The position numbers and the translations under genes were made by a program. A stretch of DNA of 64,000 nt from assembly GCA_963801165.1 (NCBI GenBank), contig CAWDDT010000013.1, positions 239,209-303,208 on the forward strand, in the 5' to 3' direction. Below the pieces are notes generated by a model. The model made no database searches. It was given only the letters and a program-made list of their open reading frames with translations, and was not told where the DNA came from. This document shows, piece by piece, positions 51,766 through 61,599 of this stretch; within the stretch, counting starts at the first letter, position 1; each line of letters opens with the position of its first letter. Source of the DNA: an uncultured bacterium. GTDB taxonomy: Bacteria > Actinomycetota > Acidimicrobiia > Spongiisociales > UBA5794.

Positions 51766-52227
51766 GTGAAGGGATTCATCATCCTCGTGGTTGTCGCTGC
51801 TGTCGCCTACCTGCTCTACCAGGCATACCAGTCGGCGAAGCTCGAGACCAGCGAGTCGCGCACCATCAAGCACCTGCCGCCATCGGTCCAACAAGTCGTG
51901 GCAAGCATGGACCCGCAAACGCAAAACACCTTCTTCAACGAATACCTGAAGAAGCGGAAGCGGAAGAGTGTCGGCTGGATCCTGCAGCTGATCCCCATCA
52001 CCTGGCACTACCTCTACGCCGGCAACGTCGGACTCCAGTTCGCGTTCTGGTTCACCGGCGGTGGCTTCGGCATCTGGTGGCTGATCGACCTGTTCCGGAT
52101 GCCCAGCATCATCCGCGGCGCCAACGAGCGCATCGCTCGCGACGCAATACAGACGATCGGGTCGATGGCGGCTTTCGGGCGTGGTGCGGGTACAAACCAG
52201 TTTCCCGCTACCGGGCAGGCAGTATGA
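51766..52227 (+). CDS. TM2/NINE-domain membrane protein
   Basis: AAGGAG RBS; KS.GWIL...HYLYAG..GLQFAFWFTGGGFGIWWLIDLF. Confidence 0.82.
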   Translation: MKGFIILVVVAAVAYLLYQAYQSAKLETSESRTIKHLPPSVQQVVASMDPQTQNTFFNEYLKKRKRKSVGWILQLIPITWHYLYAGNVGLQFAFWFTGGGFGIWWLIDLFRMPSIIRGANERIARDAIQTIGSMAAFGRGAGTNQFPATGQAV

Positions 52228-52427
52228 CGGCCTGTAGCTGAGATCGAGGGGTAGGGGAAGCCAATGCAGGGTACGGAGAGACGCAGTTCAGCGACCATGG
52301 GCTCGGCCGGGGCGGGTTCGGCTCGAGCCGGGAACGGGCTTGTCCTGCGCTGTCCCAGCATGGTTCTTCCAATGAAACTAACGTCGGGATCGGCCTCCGA
52401 GAGCGGGGGCCGGCCCGGGAAGGGGTC

Positions 52428-54044
52428 ATGATGTGGCGGCGGTTGTTTGGTTTGTGTGTGGTGTTGTGTCTGCTGGTGAGCGCCGGGGTGACGGCTGCGG
52501 CTGCTGATTCGTTGCCGCCGGGCGGGACGTTCAGTGACGATAACGGCAACATCCATGAGGGATACATCGAAGCGATTGCTGCAGCCGGGATCACCAAGGG
52601 CTGTAACCCGCCAACCAACGACCACTACTGCCCGGATGATGTGGTCACCCGCGGTCAGATGGCAGCGTTTCTGGTACGAGCCCTGCATCTGACCGACGAT
52701 GGTGGCGGCAACACCTTCACCGATGACAACGGCACAGTGTTCGAAGATGACATCGCCAAACTCGCCGCCGCCGGGATCACCAAAGGCTGTAACCCGCCAA
52801 CCAACAACCACTACTGCCCCAACCAGGTGGTCACCCGCGGTCAGATGGCAGCGTTTCTGGTACGAGCCCTGCATCTGACCGACGATGGTGGCGGCAACAC
52901 GTTCACCGATGACAACGGCACAGTGTTCGAAGATGACATCGCCAAACTCGCCGCCGCCCAGATCACCAAAGGCTGCAACCCGCCAACCAACAACCACTAC
53001 TGCCCCAACGACCCGGTCCACCGCGACCAGATGGCCTCATTCCTCGGCCGAGCCCTCGGACTAGCACCGACCTCGCCACCACCATCCAACGAGCCCCGCC
53101 TGGCATACACGCGCGTTGTGGATGGGCTAGCGGCGGGTATCGAAGTGGCCGCTATCGACGGTACGGGGAGTGAACTCCTAACCGCAGACGGCATGAGGCC
53201 GCAATACTCTCCCGACGGCTCGAAGATCGCGTTTCTCAACGGTTTCGAGTTTGGGCTCGCGGTGATGAATACGAACGGGTCCGGGATCTTGACCCTCACG
53301 CCAGAAGCCCAGGGCACTGTCTATACGGTGGCCGGCGGCTTCAGCTGGTCACCAGACGGCAGTCGCCTAGCAGTCTCCATGATCGGGCCCTCCGACGCCG
53401 AATTCTTGGAGCCAAGCATCTGGACCATCGGCGTTGACGGGTCTGACCTCACCGAACGAACCGACACGCCCGAGCTGGCTCTGACAACACCGCTGTGGGC
53501 CCCGGACGACAGATACATCCTGGTTTGCAATCCCGGTGCCATTGAGAGCTCGTTGGCTCGAATCACCCCGGAGGGCTCATCTCTCAACCAGTTCGCCGTC
53601 GGCAACTGCGACTACTCATACTCGAGAGATGGCGACAATGTCTGGTTCTCCAGCAGTCGCGACGGAGACGCCGACACCGGTGACAGTGAGATCTTCCGCT
53701 GGCGTGTTGACCTGCTGCCGCCAGAACAACAGACAACGGACAGCGGACGCTCCTTCGATCCCGAGCCCTCGCCCGATGATGGCCAGTTCGTGTTTGTGCG
53801 GCGCGATGGCGACGGTGACACGGAGATCTTCACTAAGACCATCGGCAATCCTGAGCATCAGCTGACCGACAACACCGCGACCGAACTGCAGCCGACCTGG
53901 AGCCCAGACGGAGACTACATAGCATTCATCTCGAACCGGACCGGGGTATTCGAAGTCTATGTGATGCGATCTGACGGCTCTGATCTGGTCCAGATCAGTC
54001 ATGGTGGGGGTGAGGATCCGGCCTGGGCGCCGTTGAGCTTCTAG
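52428..54044 (+). CDS. Secreted protein: 3 SLH-like repeats + TolB-like (PD40) beta-propeller
   Basis: Signal peptide, three GITKGCNPP repeats, many WSPDG motifs. Confidence 0.9.
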   Translation: MMWRRLFGLCVVLCLLVSAGVTAAAADSLPPGGTFSDDNGNIHEGYIEAIAAAGITKGCNPPTNDHYCPDDVVTRGQMAAFLVRALHLTDDGGGNTFTDDNGTVFEDDIAKLAAAGITKGCNPPTNNHYCPNQVVTRGQMAAFLVRALHLTDDGGGNTFTDDNGTVFEDDIAKLAAAQITKGCNPPTNNHYCPNDPVHRDQMASFLGRALGLAPTSPPPSNEPRLAYTRVVDGLAAGIEVAAIDGTGSELLTADGMRPQYSPDGSKIAFLNGFEFGLAVMNTNGSGILTLTPEAQGTVYTVAGGFSWSPDGSRLAVSMIGPSDAEFLEPSIWTIGVDGSDLTERTDTPELALTTPLWAPDDRYILVCNPGAIESSLARITPEGSSLNQFAVGNCDYSYSRDGDNVWFSSSRDGDADTGDSEIFRWRVDLLPPEQQTTDSGRSFDPEPSPDDGQFVFVRRDGDGDTEIFTKTIGNPEHQLTDNTATELQPTWSPDGDYIAFISNRTGVFEVYVMRSDGSDLVQISHGGGEDPAWAPLSF

Positions 54045-54253
54045 CCCGTATGCTGTACGAGGCGATTCCGATTCCGGTTGCAGCGGCCTGATAACTGCGT
54101 GGCTCTGTGAGCTCAGGTGCCCATGCATCTGAATTTTCGCGGCCGTGCTGATGCTGCTTGTCTCACCGAGGCACTGTGAAACACAACGCACCACCGAAGA
54201 TCCACCCGATGGAAGATGCAGGCTCTCCGGGATAGGCTCTGGATAGTCGGATG

Positions 54254-54278
54254 TGACATTTCCGCTCTCCGCTGCGTC
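54254..54278 (+). promoter_or_regulatory. Putative ECF promoter TGACA-N16-CGTC(AACT)
   Basis: Exact motif ~35 bp upstream of ATG 54313. Confidence 0.7.
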
Positions 54279-54312
54279 AACTAGGCAAAAGCGGCTGGGC
54301 GGGAAGGGGTAG

Positions 54313-55351
54313 ATGATGCACGCGGCGCTGGTTTGGTTTGGGTGTGGCGTTGTGTCTGTCCGGTGAGCGCCGGGGTGACGGCTGCGGCTGCTGATTCGTT
54401 GCCGCCGGGCGGGACGTTCAGTGACGATAACGGCAACATCCATGAGGGATATATCGAAGCGATTGCTGCAGCCGGGATCACCAAGGGCTGTAACCCGCCA
54501 ACCAACGACCACTACTGCCCGGATGATGTGGTCACCCGCGGTCAGATGGCAGCGTTTCTGGTACGAGCCCTGCATCTGACCGACGATGGTGGCGGCAACA
54601 CCTTCACCGATGACAACGGCACAGTGTTCGAAGATGACATCGCCAAACTCGCCGCCGCCCAGATCACCAAAGGCTGCAACCCGCCAACCAAACAACCACT
54701 ACTGCCCCAACGACCCGGTCCACCACGACCAGATCCGCCCTCATTCCTCGGCCGAGCCCTCAACCTCACCCCCACCACACCACCCGAGGACGAGCTGGTT
54801 CATTGTGCGGCCCCAATCTCACTGGATGGGTCGCACCAACATACAAGGACCTGGACGCCGACGGTACGGACGAGCGTTACTACCTCGGCATCGACCCCGA
54901 CACCGGCGAGATATGGCTCGAGCTTTTTGCGCCTTACCCGGGACTTCCGGTCTACTCCGAAAACCTGGTCTACGGCGCCGTTCCCAGCGGTGGAGAGGTG
55001 TGGACGGGTGACTTGACCGGTGATGGCAAATCCGAGTTGGTGGCATGCGCCACCCAAGCCGGTGCGGGCGATTCCCTGGTCGACGCCCGGGTGCTGTCCA
55101 ACCACAGCGGGACTTGGCAACTTGTCTTCACAGACGACCAACTCGACGACGGCGTGATCGAGGGGAATAGTGGATCGGTGGTGGCGACCGAGAGCTTCGA
55201 GTTGCTCGCTGGCAAATGCTCGTGGCACGAACACTCAACCTACGAGTGGACCGGTTCAACATTCTCCTTCGCATCAGTTGTAGTGGAGGTCGTCCGGAGC
55301 GACGACGAGCTCTGCGATTCGATCATTCCCGAAGGGAGGAATCCTCAATGA
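54313..55351 (+). CDS. Secreted protein: 2 SLH-like repeats + C-terminal domain with DxxGDG motif (frameshifted)
   Basis: Fragments 54333-54790 (SLH) and 54803-55351 (DLDADG, GDLTGDGKSELV). Confidence 0.7.
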
Positions 55352-56598
55352 TGGGGCGACGTTGGTTTGGTTTGGGTGTGGTGTTGTGTCTGTTGGTCGG
55401 TGCTGGGGTCGGTACGGCTGTTGCCGACCCTCTGTCATATGGGGGGACGTTCAGCGACGATAACGGCAACATCCACGAGGGCTATATAGAAGCGATTGCT
55501 GCAGCCGGGATCACCAAAGGCTGTAACCCACCATCCAACACCCACTACTGCCCCGATGCGGTGGTCACCCGCGGACAAATGGCCGCCTTCCTGGTCCGGG
55601 CCCTAACCTCACAGACGACGGGGCGGCAACACCTTCACCGACGACAACGGCTCGGTGTTCGAAACCGACATCGCCAAACTCGCTGCCGCCGGGATCACCA
55701 AGGGCTGCAACCCACCCGACAACACCCACTACTGCCCCGATGCGGTGGTCACCCGCGGACAAATGGCCGCCTTCCTGGTCCGGGCCCTCAACCTCACAGA
55801 CGACGGGGGCGGCAACACCTTCACCGACGACAACGGCACGGTGTTCGAAACCGACATCGCCAAACTCGCTGCGGCCGGAATCACCAAGGGCTGCAACCCA
55901 CCAACCAACGACCACTACTGCCCCAACGACCCGGTCCACCGCGACCAGATGGCCTCATTCCTCGGCCGAGCCCTCAACCTCACCCCCACCACACCACCAG
56001 AACCGGTACCCGGATCGGTCGCCATGTGCGGGTACTACACCCTTGCCGAATCGTTCGCACCAGATATCGTGCGGGCGGCGGCCACCACCGTGACAGCCCC
56101 CGGTGCCGGCTCGGAGCCAGACGTCGTCGTCGAGCTATCCGATCCGGTAGGGGACGGCTACTGGACGTGGACGGCCACAATCACCGTCCAGGTTGGGGCA
56201 ACCTCGCTGCTGACCACCGACTTCGAGCTCTACGGCGTCGGTGGCCCGGACAACCCTCCAACCACGATGGTCGCACGACGTGACCTGACCGGTGATGGCC
56301 AAAGTGATGTCGTTGTGTGCACCTACGACGTCCAGGGCAATTGGGCAATCGCCGACGTGTTCGTGTTCAGCGATCACTCGGGTCACTGGGCCGAGGTCAT
56401 CCACGAAAGGCGCGACGACGGTGGCTCTCCACTTTGGGCGATGGCGAGATCGAGCTCGCAGACGCTGGCCAATTCGTCGCAGGCGCTTGCGAGGAGCACC
56501 AGATCGACCGGTACCGGTGGCAGGGGAATCAATTCAACTTGATCGGCAGCTGGACGGTGTGGAAATCGAACACGGAGCAGCCATGTCCGTGGTGGTGA
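55348..56598 (+). CDS. Secreted protein: 3 SLH-like repeats + C-terminal DLTGDG domain (frameshifted)
   Basis: ATGA overlap with previous gene; fragments 55348-55620, 55655-56440, 56430-56598. Confidence 0.7.
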
Positions 56599-56895
56599 GG
56601 GCTCACCATCCGCCTGTGGAGGAGCGACCGTGCGGAATACATGTAGCGGTGCAGCCGGCACCGCTATTGCGACGTCCACCGGGACCGACACCGCGTCATC
56701 AAGGACGACCATGGAACATCATCCGAAGTGACGGCTCCGGTTCCGACGGCCAGCCGGCTGTGTGTGTCTGTGCCGGTGCTCTGATTGTCCCGACCGCGTG
56801 GCATACGTTGCCAAGGCGCTCCGGAACGCGCCACCGTAGACCCGTCTCATGGGACCAACCGCGGCTACAAGGAACAAGCTCTAGACGGTCGGATG

Positions 56896-56920
56896 TGACA
56901 TTTCCGCTCTCCGCTGCGTC
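56896..56920 (+). promoter_or_regulatory. Putative ECF promoter TGACA-N16-CGTC(AACT)
   Basis: Identical to 54254-54278; upstream of ATG 56955. Confidence 0.7.
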
Positions 56921-56954
56921 AACTAGGCAAGAGCGGCTGGGCGGGAAGGGGTAG

Positions 56955-58590
56955 ATGATCGACGCGGCGCTGGTTTGGTTTGGGTGTGGCGTTGTGTCTG
57001 CTGGTGAGCGCCGGGGTGACGGCAGCGGCTGATTCGTTGCCGCCGGGCGGGACGTTCAGTGACGATAACGGCAACATCCATGAGGGATACATCGAAGCGA
57101 TTGCTGCAGCCGGGATCACCAAGGGCTGTAACCCGCCAACCAACGACCACTACTGCCCGGATGATGTGGTCACCCGCGGTCAGATGGCAGCGTTTCTGGT
57201 ACGAGCCCTGCATCTGACCGACGATGGTGGCGGCAACACCTTCACCGATGACAACGGCACAGTGTTCGAAGATGACATCGCCAAACTCGCCGCCGCCGGG
57301 ATCACCAAAGGCTGTAACCCGCCAACCAACAACCACTACTGCCCCAACCAGGTGGTCACCCGCGGTCAGATGGCAGCGTTTCTGGTACGAGCCCTGCATC
57401 TGACCGACGATGGTGGCGGCAACACGTTCACCGATGACAACGGCACAGTGTTCGAAGATGACATCGCCAAACTCGCCGCCGCCCAGATCACCAAAGGCTG
57501 CAACCCGCCAACCAACAACCACTACTGCCCCAACGACCCGGTCCACCGCGACCAGATGGCCTCATTCCTCGGCCGAGCCCTCAACCTCACCCCCACCACA
57601 CCACAGCCGGGTCCGTCGATCGTCTACACGAACGACGGCATCTGGATCACCGACAGCGCCGGCTCGTTCCACACGGAATTGGCCGAAGCAGGGGTCGCTC
57701 CTCGCATCTCGCCCGACGGAAACCTGATCGGGTATCTCGCTGACTGGTGTGTCGCAGTCGTCGGGGACGAGTGCATCGACTCGCTTCCCCATGTGGAGGT
57801 GATCACGATTGACGGAACGCCCCTCGCATCGTTTGACATAGAGGCATTCCTGACAAGCCAGGGCCTGAGCTCGGGCTCATTCGGATTCTCGTGGACTCCC
57901 GACGGGATGGTCGGGCTCGACGCCGGATGGAGTACCAACGGCAACGATCGGGGCATCTGGGTGGTCAGCCTGGACGGGTCCCATATCGAGAAGATCGCCG
58001 ACAACCCGGACGGTCACGAAACGGCCCCGGAGTTCTCCCCGGATGGCACGAGAATCGCCTATCAGAGCACGACCATGGGCGACAGCCTCATTGTCATCGG
58101 GAAGATCGGCGACATGCTCACCTACTCGTATTCGCTGGTCGGCAGCACCTACTACGGCGCCCAGGCGTACGACTGGTCGCCCGACAGCAGGTTCCTGGCA
58201 TATGCCACCGACAGTGGCAGCGGCACAACGCTCATCATCCACAACCTCGTGACCACGTTGCGCGGGGTGATCGCCTCGGACATCGGCTACGTCGCCGATC
58301 CCATGTGGTCTCCGGACGGCTCCCAGCTGACGTTCTCCAGCTCCCAGGACGGTGACTACGAGATCTACGTGTACACGTTCACAAATCTCGACGGTAGCGA
58401 CTTCGGGTTCCTTGACGGAGACCTGACCCAACTGACGTTCAATAGCGGGATATCCGACACGGAGCCGGCCTGGTCCCGCGACGGAACACAGATTGCCTTC
58501 ACCCGCGACAGCGACATTTTCGTGATGAACGCTGACGGATCCAACCAGCACCAGGTCGCCATAGGGAGTCAACCGCAGTGGAGCCCATAG
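56955..58590 (+). CDS. Secreted protein: 3 SLH-like repeats + TolB-like (PD40) propeller (small indel in signal peptide)
   Basis: SLH part near-identical to 52428 gene; divergent WSPDG propeller. Confidence 0.88.
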
Positions 58591-58599
58591 GTCTATGAC

Positions 58600-59160
58600 G
58601 ACCGTGTCGCGCCGTTTGGTGTGAGTAGGTGATTCCCTCAGCGTTGTGTTGCCGGCTATCCGGCGGCTGGGAGTTGGTTCACCTCCTTGTCGGGTTGGGT
58701 GTGGCTGATGGTGTCGATCAGCGCCATTGATTCTTCGGATAGGTAGCGCCGGTCGGTGACTTGCCATTCGTCGCGTTGCTCGGCGAGAACGGATTCGACG
58801 AGGCAGACGATCGAGTTGTCGTCGGGGAATCGCCCGACGACGTCGGTTCGACGTTTGATGTCTCGCATCAAGCGTTCGAGTGGGTTGATGAACCAGATCT
58901 TCTACCAGTGCTGGTGGGGGAAGGCGGCGTATGCGGTGACATCGGCCTCGGCGTCGAGTAGCAGGTCGGAGACGGCGGGGTGTCGTTCCTGAGCATGTCG
59001 GCGACAAGCCGCAGCTGATCTCCGGTGACGGCGGGGTGGTGGCACCCAGAAACACATACGAGAATTCGATGTGATCCAAGCTGCGGTCCCGGAGCGGCGG
59101 ACGCCGCCAGGGGCGAGAACGGCCGTCGAAGTACGAGCACGATCTGCCGGACGGGACACT
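58600..59160 (-). mobile_element. IS256-family remnant (internally deleted)
   Basis: DLLLDAEADVTAYAAFPHQHW and MRDIKRRTDVVGRFP...LAEQRDEW..RRYLS match the IS256 transposase C-terminus; imperfect terminal IRs (ccgtgtcgcg / cgggacact). Confidence 0.8.
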
Positions 59161-60409
59161 AGGGCCCGAGTGCGCCGATTGGTATCACCCAGACACCATC
59201 GTCACGCTGGTACCCGAGCCCGGTGGAGGTGATCACCCCGAGCGCTGCGGGTGGCTCTGCATCGACTGTCGCATGCAGCTTGAGCAAGTTTGCAGCAGCG
59301 GCGTCGACCTGACCGACGCCCAGCTTCACCTCGAACGCTGCCCAGCAGCCGGATCTCGTCTCGACTATTGCGTCGATCTCCATGTCATAGGAATCGCGGT
59401 AGTGGAGAACGACCGCATCATTGAGGTCGGCATACACCCTGAGGTCTCGGACCACCATCGACTCGAACAGCAGTCCAAGCGTTTCGAGGTCCCCGAGCAG
59501 TCGATCCGGGTTGGTGCCCAAGGCGGCGACGGCGAGCGACGGATCGACAAAATGGCGCTTCTCCGCTTTGCGCAGTGTTGCCTTGGATCGGAGGTGCGTC
59601 GACCAAGCCGGCTGTCCCTCCAACACCATCAGCCGCTGCAGCGCGCCCAGGTAGGAACGGACGGTGTCGTCATCGAGAGCGGGCTCGGGTCCGGATGTGT
59701 CCCGGGTCAGGGTCGCGGTGGCAGCGGTTGTGGCGACATTGCGCGCCAGAGAACGCAGCAGGCGAGCCACGTTCGATGGATCGTGACGGACTCCGTCGAG
59801 ACGCCGAACATCCACCCTGGATATCTCATCGAGGTAACCACGGTTGAAGTCGAGCGCTTGCCCGACGGTGAGATTCAGGTTTCCCGGCCAGCCCCCGATC
59901 GAGACCAACTCGGCGACACGCTCTACGCCGATCGTCGCCTCCGTGGCTTCAGGCTGCCCACCGCCGAGCAGCGAAGCGAGGCTGATGACACCTGTGCTCT
60001 CGCCCTTCTCGACAAGGGTCAGCGGTCGCAGCCGAACCCGTGTGATACGCCCTGCGCCCGAATGCCGCGTGATGTCGTCGGATGGTTGGGCGGAACCGGT
60101 GAGGATGAACTGTCCGGGTACCCGTCTGGCGTCGATTTCCCTGCGAACGTGATTCCAGATAGCCGGATGGGTCTGCCACTCGTCGATGAGGCGCGGTGTG
60201 TCTCCGCGCAGCAACAGTGCCGGATCGACATCCATCGCGGCCGGCACCTGCGGATCGATGTCCATGAGAATCTCACTGGCGGCGATGTGCCGCCCCGTGG
60301 CGGTCTTGCCGACGGCCCGGGCGCCCTCGATCATCACGCCGCCCACAGCGCTCAGCCGACTCTCCACGAGCCCCTCGACAAGGCGAGGTATGTAGTCCGA
60401 CGCTACCAT
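59159..60409 (-). CDS. AAA+ ATPase with DUF4143-type C-terminus
   Basis: EGARAVGKT, LIDEWQ, FILTGS, KRHFVDPSL, EIDAIVE..AFEVKL. Confidence 0.9.
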   Translation of the reverse strand: MVASDYIPRLVEGLVESRLSAVGGVMIEGARAVGKTATGRHIAASEILMDIDPQVPAAMDVDPALLLRGDTPRLIDEWQTHPAIWNHVRREIDARRVPGQFILTGSAQPSDDITRHSGAGRITRVRLRPLTLVEKGESTGVISLASLLGGGQPEATEATIGVERVAELVSIGGWPGNLNLTVGQALDFNRGYLDEISRVDVRRLDGVRHDPSNVARLLRSLARNVATTAATATLTRDTSGPEPALDDDTVRSYLGALQRLMVLEGQPAWSTHLRSKATLRKAEKRHFVDPSLAVAALGTNPDRLLGDLETLGLLFESMVVRDLRVYADLNDAVVLHYRDSYDMEIDAIVETRSGCWAAFEVKLGVGQVDAAAANLLKLHATVDAEPPAALGVITSTGLGYQRDDGVWVIPIGALGP

Positions 60410-60654
60410 TCGGTTAATTATAGCCTATCTGTTCGGGTAATTATAGAGATCCTGTTCGGCATAATATTGAACCATCGTTCGGCATAATGTGGAGGAGAGC
60501 TTGGGGGAGCCTTCCCGGCGGCGCCGGCACCGGGGCCTCGTATCGTGTACTCCCCCGGTCTACTGTGCACGTATGGATTCTCGCCGCCCTCATCGCCCAC
60601 ATGTGCCGAGACCGCCTTCACGGGAGCCTGAGATACAGGCCCGGCAACGGCGTT

Positions 60655-61599
60655 TCAGCCGAGCATCGAGAGCTGCTCCGGTGGCACTTCGCCCTCATCG
60701 TTGAGAAGCTCGCGGATTTCCCCGACGTCGACAATCGGAGTTGCTCCACGCCGCTCCAGGGCAGGGTTGCCCGGACCTTGTCCTGGACCACGCCAGACAG
60801 CAACCCGACCGTATCCGCGGCTGAGACACTCGGTAGCGCCGGCCCATGTCCCGCCTTTGCCCTCATCGGTTGCTACGACAACCGTGAGATCGCTGAGTGC
60901 ATAGACGATCTTGTTGCGGGCCATCGCCGCAGCAGGGCTGAAACCGGTCTCGGGGTGTTGCTGGGTGACAAGACACGTGCTCCCCGCATCGAGCGCACGC
61001 AGCGTGTCGGCACTCCGGATCCGCTGCAGCAGCGAGTCGGCAAGCACACCGACAACCCGGCCGCCCGCCATGAAGGCAGCATTCATCGCCAGTTGATCGA
61101 CCCCCCGGGCACCCCCCGACACGACGGGTTTGCCCAACTCGACTGCCAACTGCGCCACAGCCTGGGCCACCCGGGCACCTTCGGGATCAACATTTCGGGA
61201 GCCGACGACGGCCACGCCTCCGCTGCCAAGCAGCAGAGTCTCACCGACGGCGAACAACACGGGTGGCGCTGCGTTCGCAAGCAGCCTGGTCAGCCGGTCG
61301 GGGTATCTCTCGTCGCCGATGCCGATTGCTTCGACCCCTTTGCGCCGTAGCTCCTCGTATTCGAAGGCAACAGCACCGGCACCTTCGATCAAGATGCTGA
61401 GCCGCTCTCCGAGGTCGGCGTCGAGCGCCGGTATCTCCCCCAGGTTCTGCTGACGATCGAACAGATCGTCGGGGCTCAGACCGGCGTCGGCAAGCAGTGA
61501 CTCGAGCTGGTGCCACATCCCGGGCGGAAGCGAGGGACGCTTGCGGTCACCGAGACGGCTGGCCAGAACCAGCACAGTCATTGTGTCAACCGTTGTCAC
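60655..61599 (-). CDS. dprA: DprA/Smf-family protein
   Basis: YP..L...APPVLF, VAVVGSR, VVSGGARGVD, AMARNKIVYALS, GGTWAGA. Confidence 0.88.
   Translation of the reverse strand: MTTVDTMTVLVLASRLGDRKRPSLPPGMWHQLESLLADAGLSPDDLFDRQQNLGEIPALDADLGERLSILIEGAGAVAFEYEELRRKGVEAIGIGDERYPDRLTRLLANAAPPVLFAVGETLLLGSGGVAVVGSRNVDPEGARVAQAVAQLAVELGKPVVSGGARGVDQLAMNAAFMAGGRVVGVLADSLLQRIRSADTLRALDAGSTCLVTQQHPETGFSPAAAMARNKIVYALSDLTVVVATDEGKGGTWAGATECLSRGYGRVAVWRGPGQGPGNPALERRGATPIVDVGEIRELLNDEGEVPPEQLSMLG

Noticed and set aside
52340-52427. Seventh ECF promoter upstream of the 52428 SLH gene
   Set aside because: CGTC at 52382 has no TGACA 16 nt upstream; the gene may be read from the 51711 promoter.
52428-58590. 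Diversity-generating retroelement template/variable repeats
   Set aside because: No reverse transcriptase in the window; repeats are the conserved SLH part and show no adenine-specific differences.
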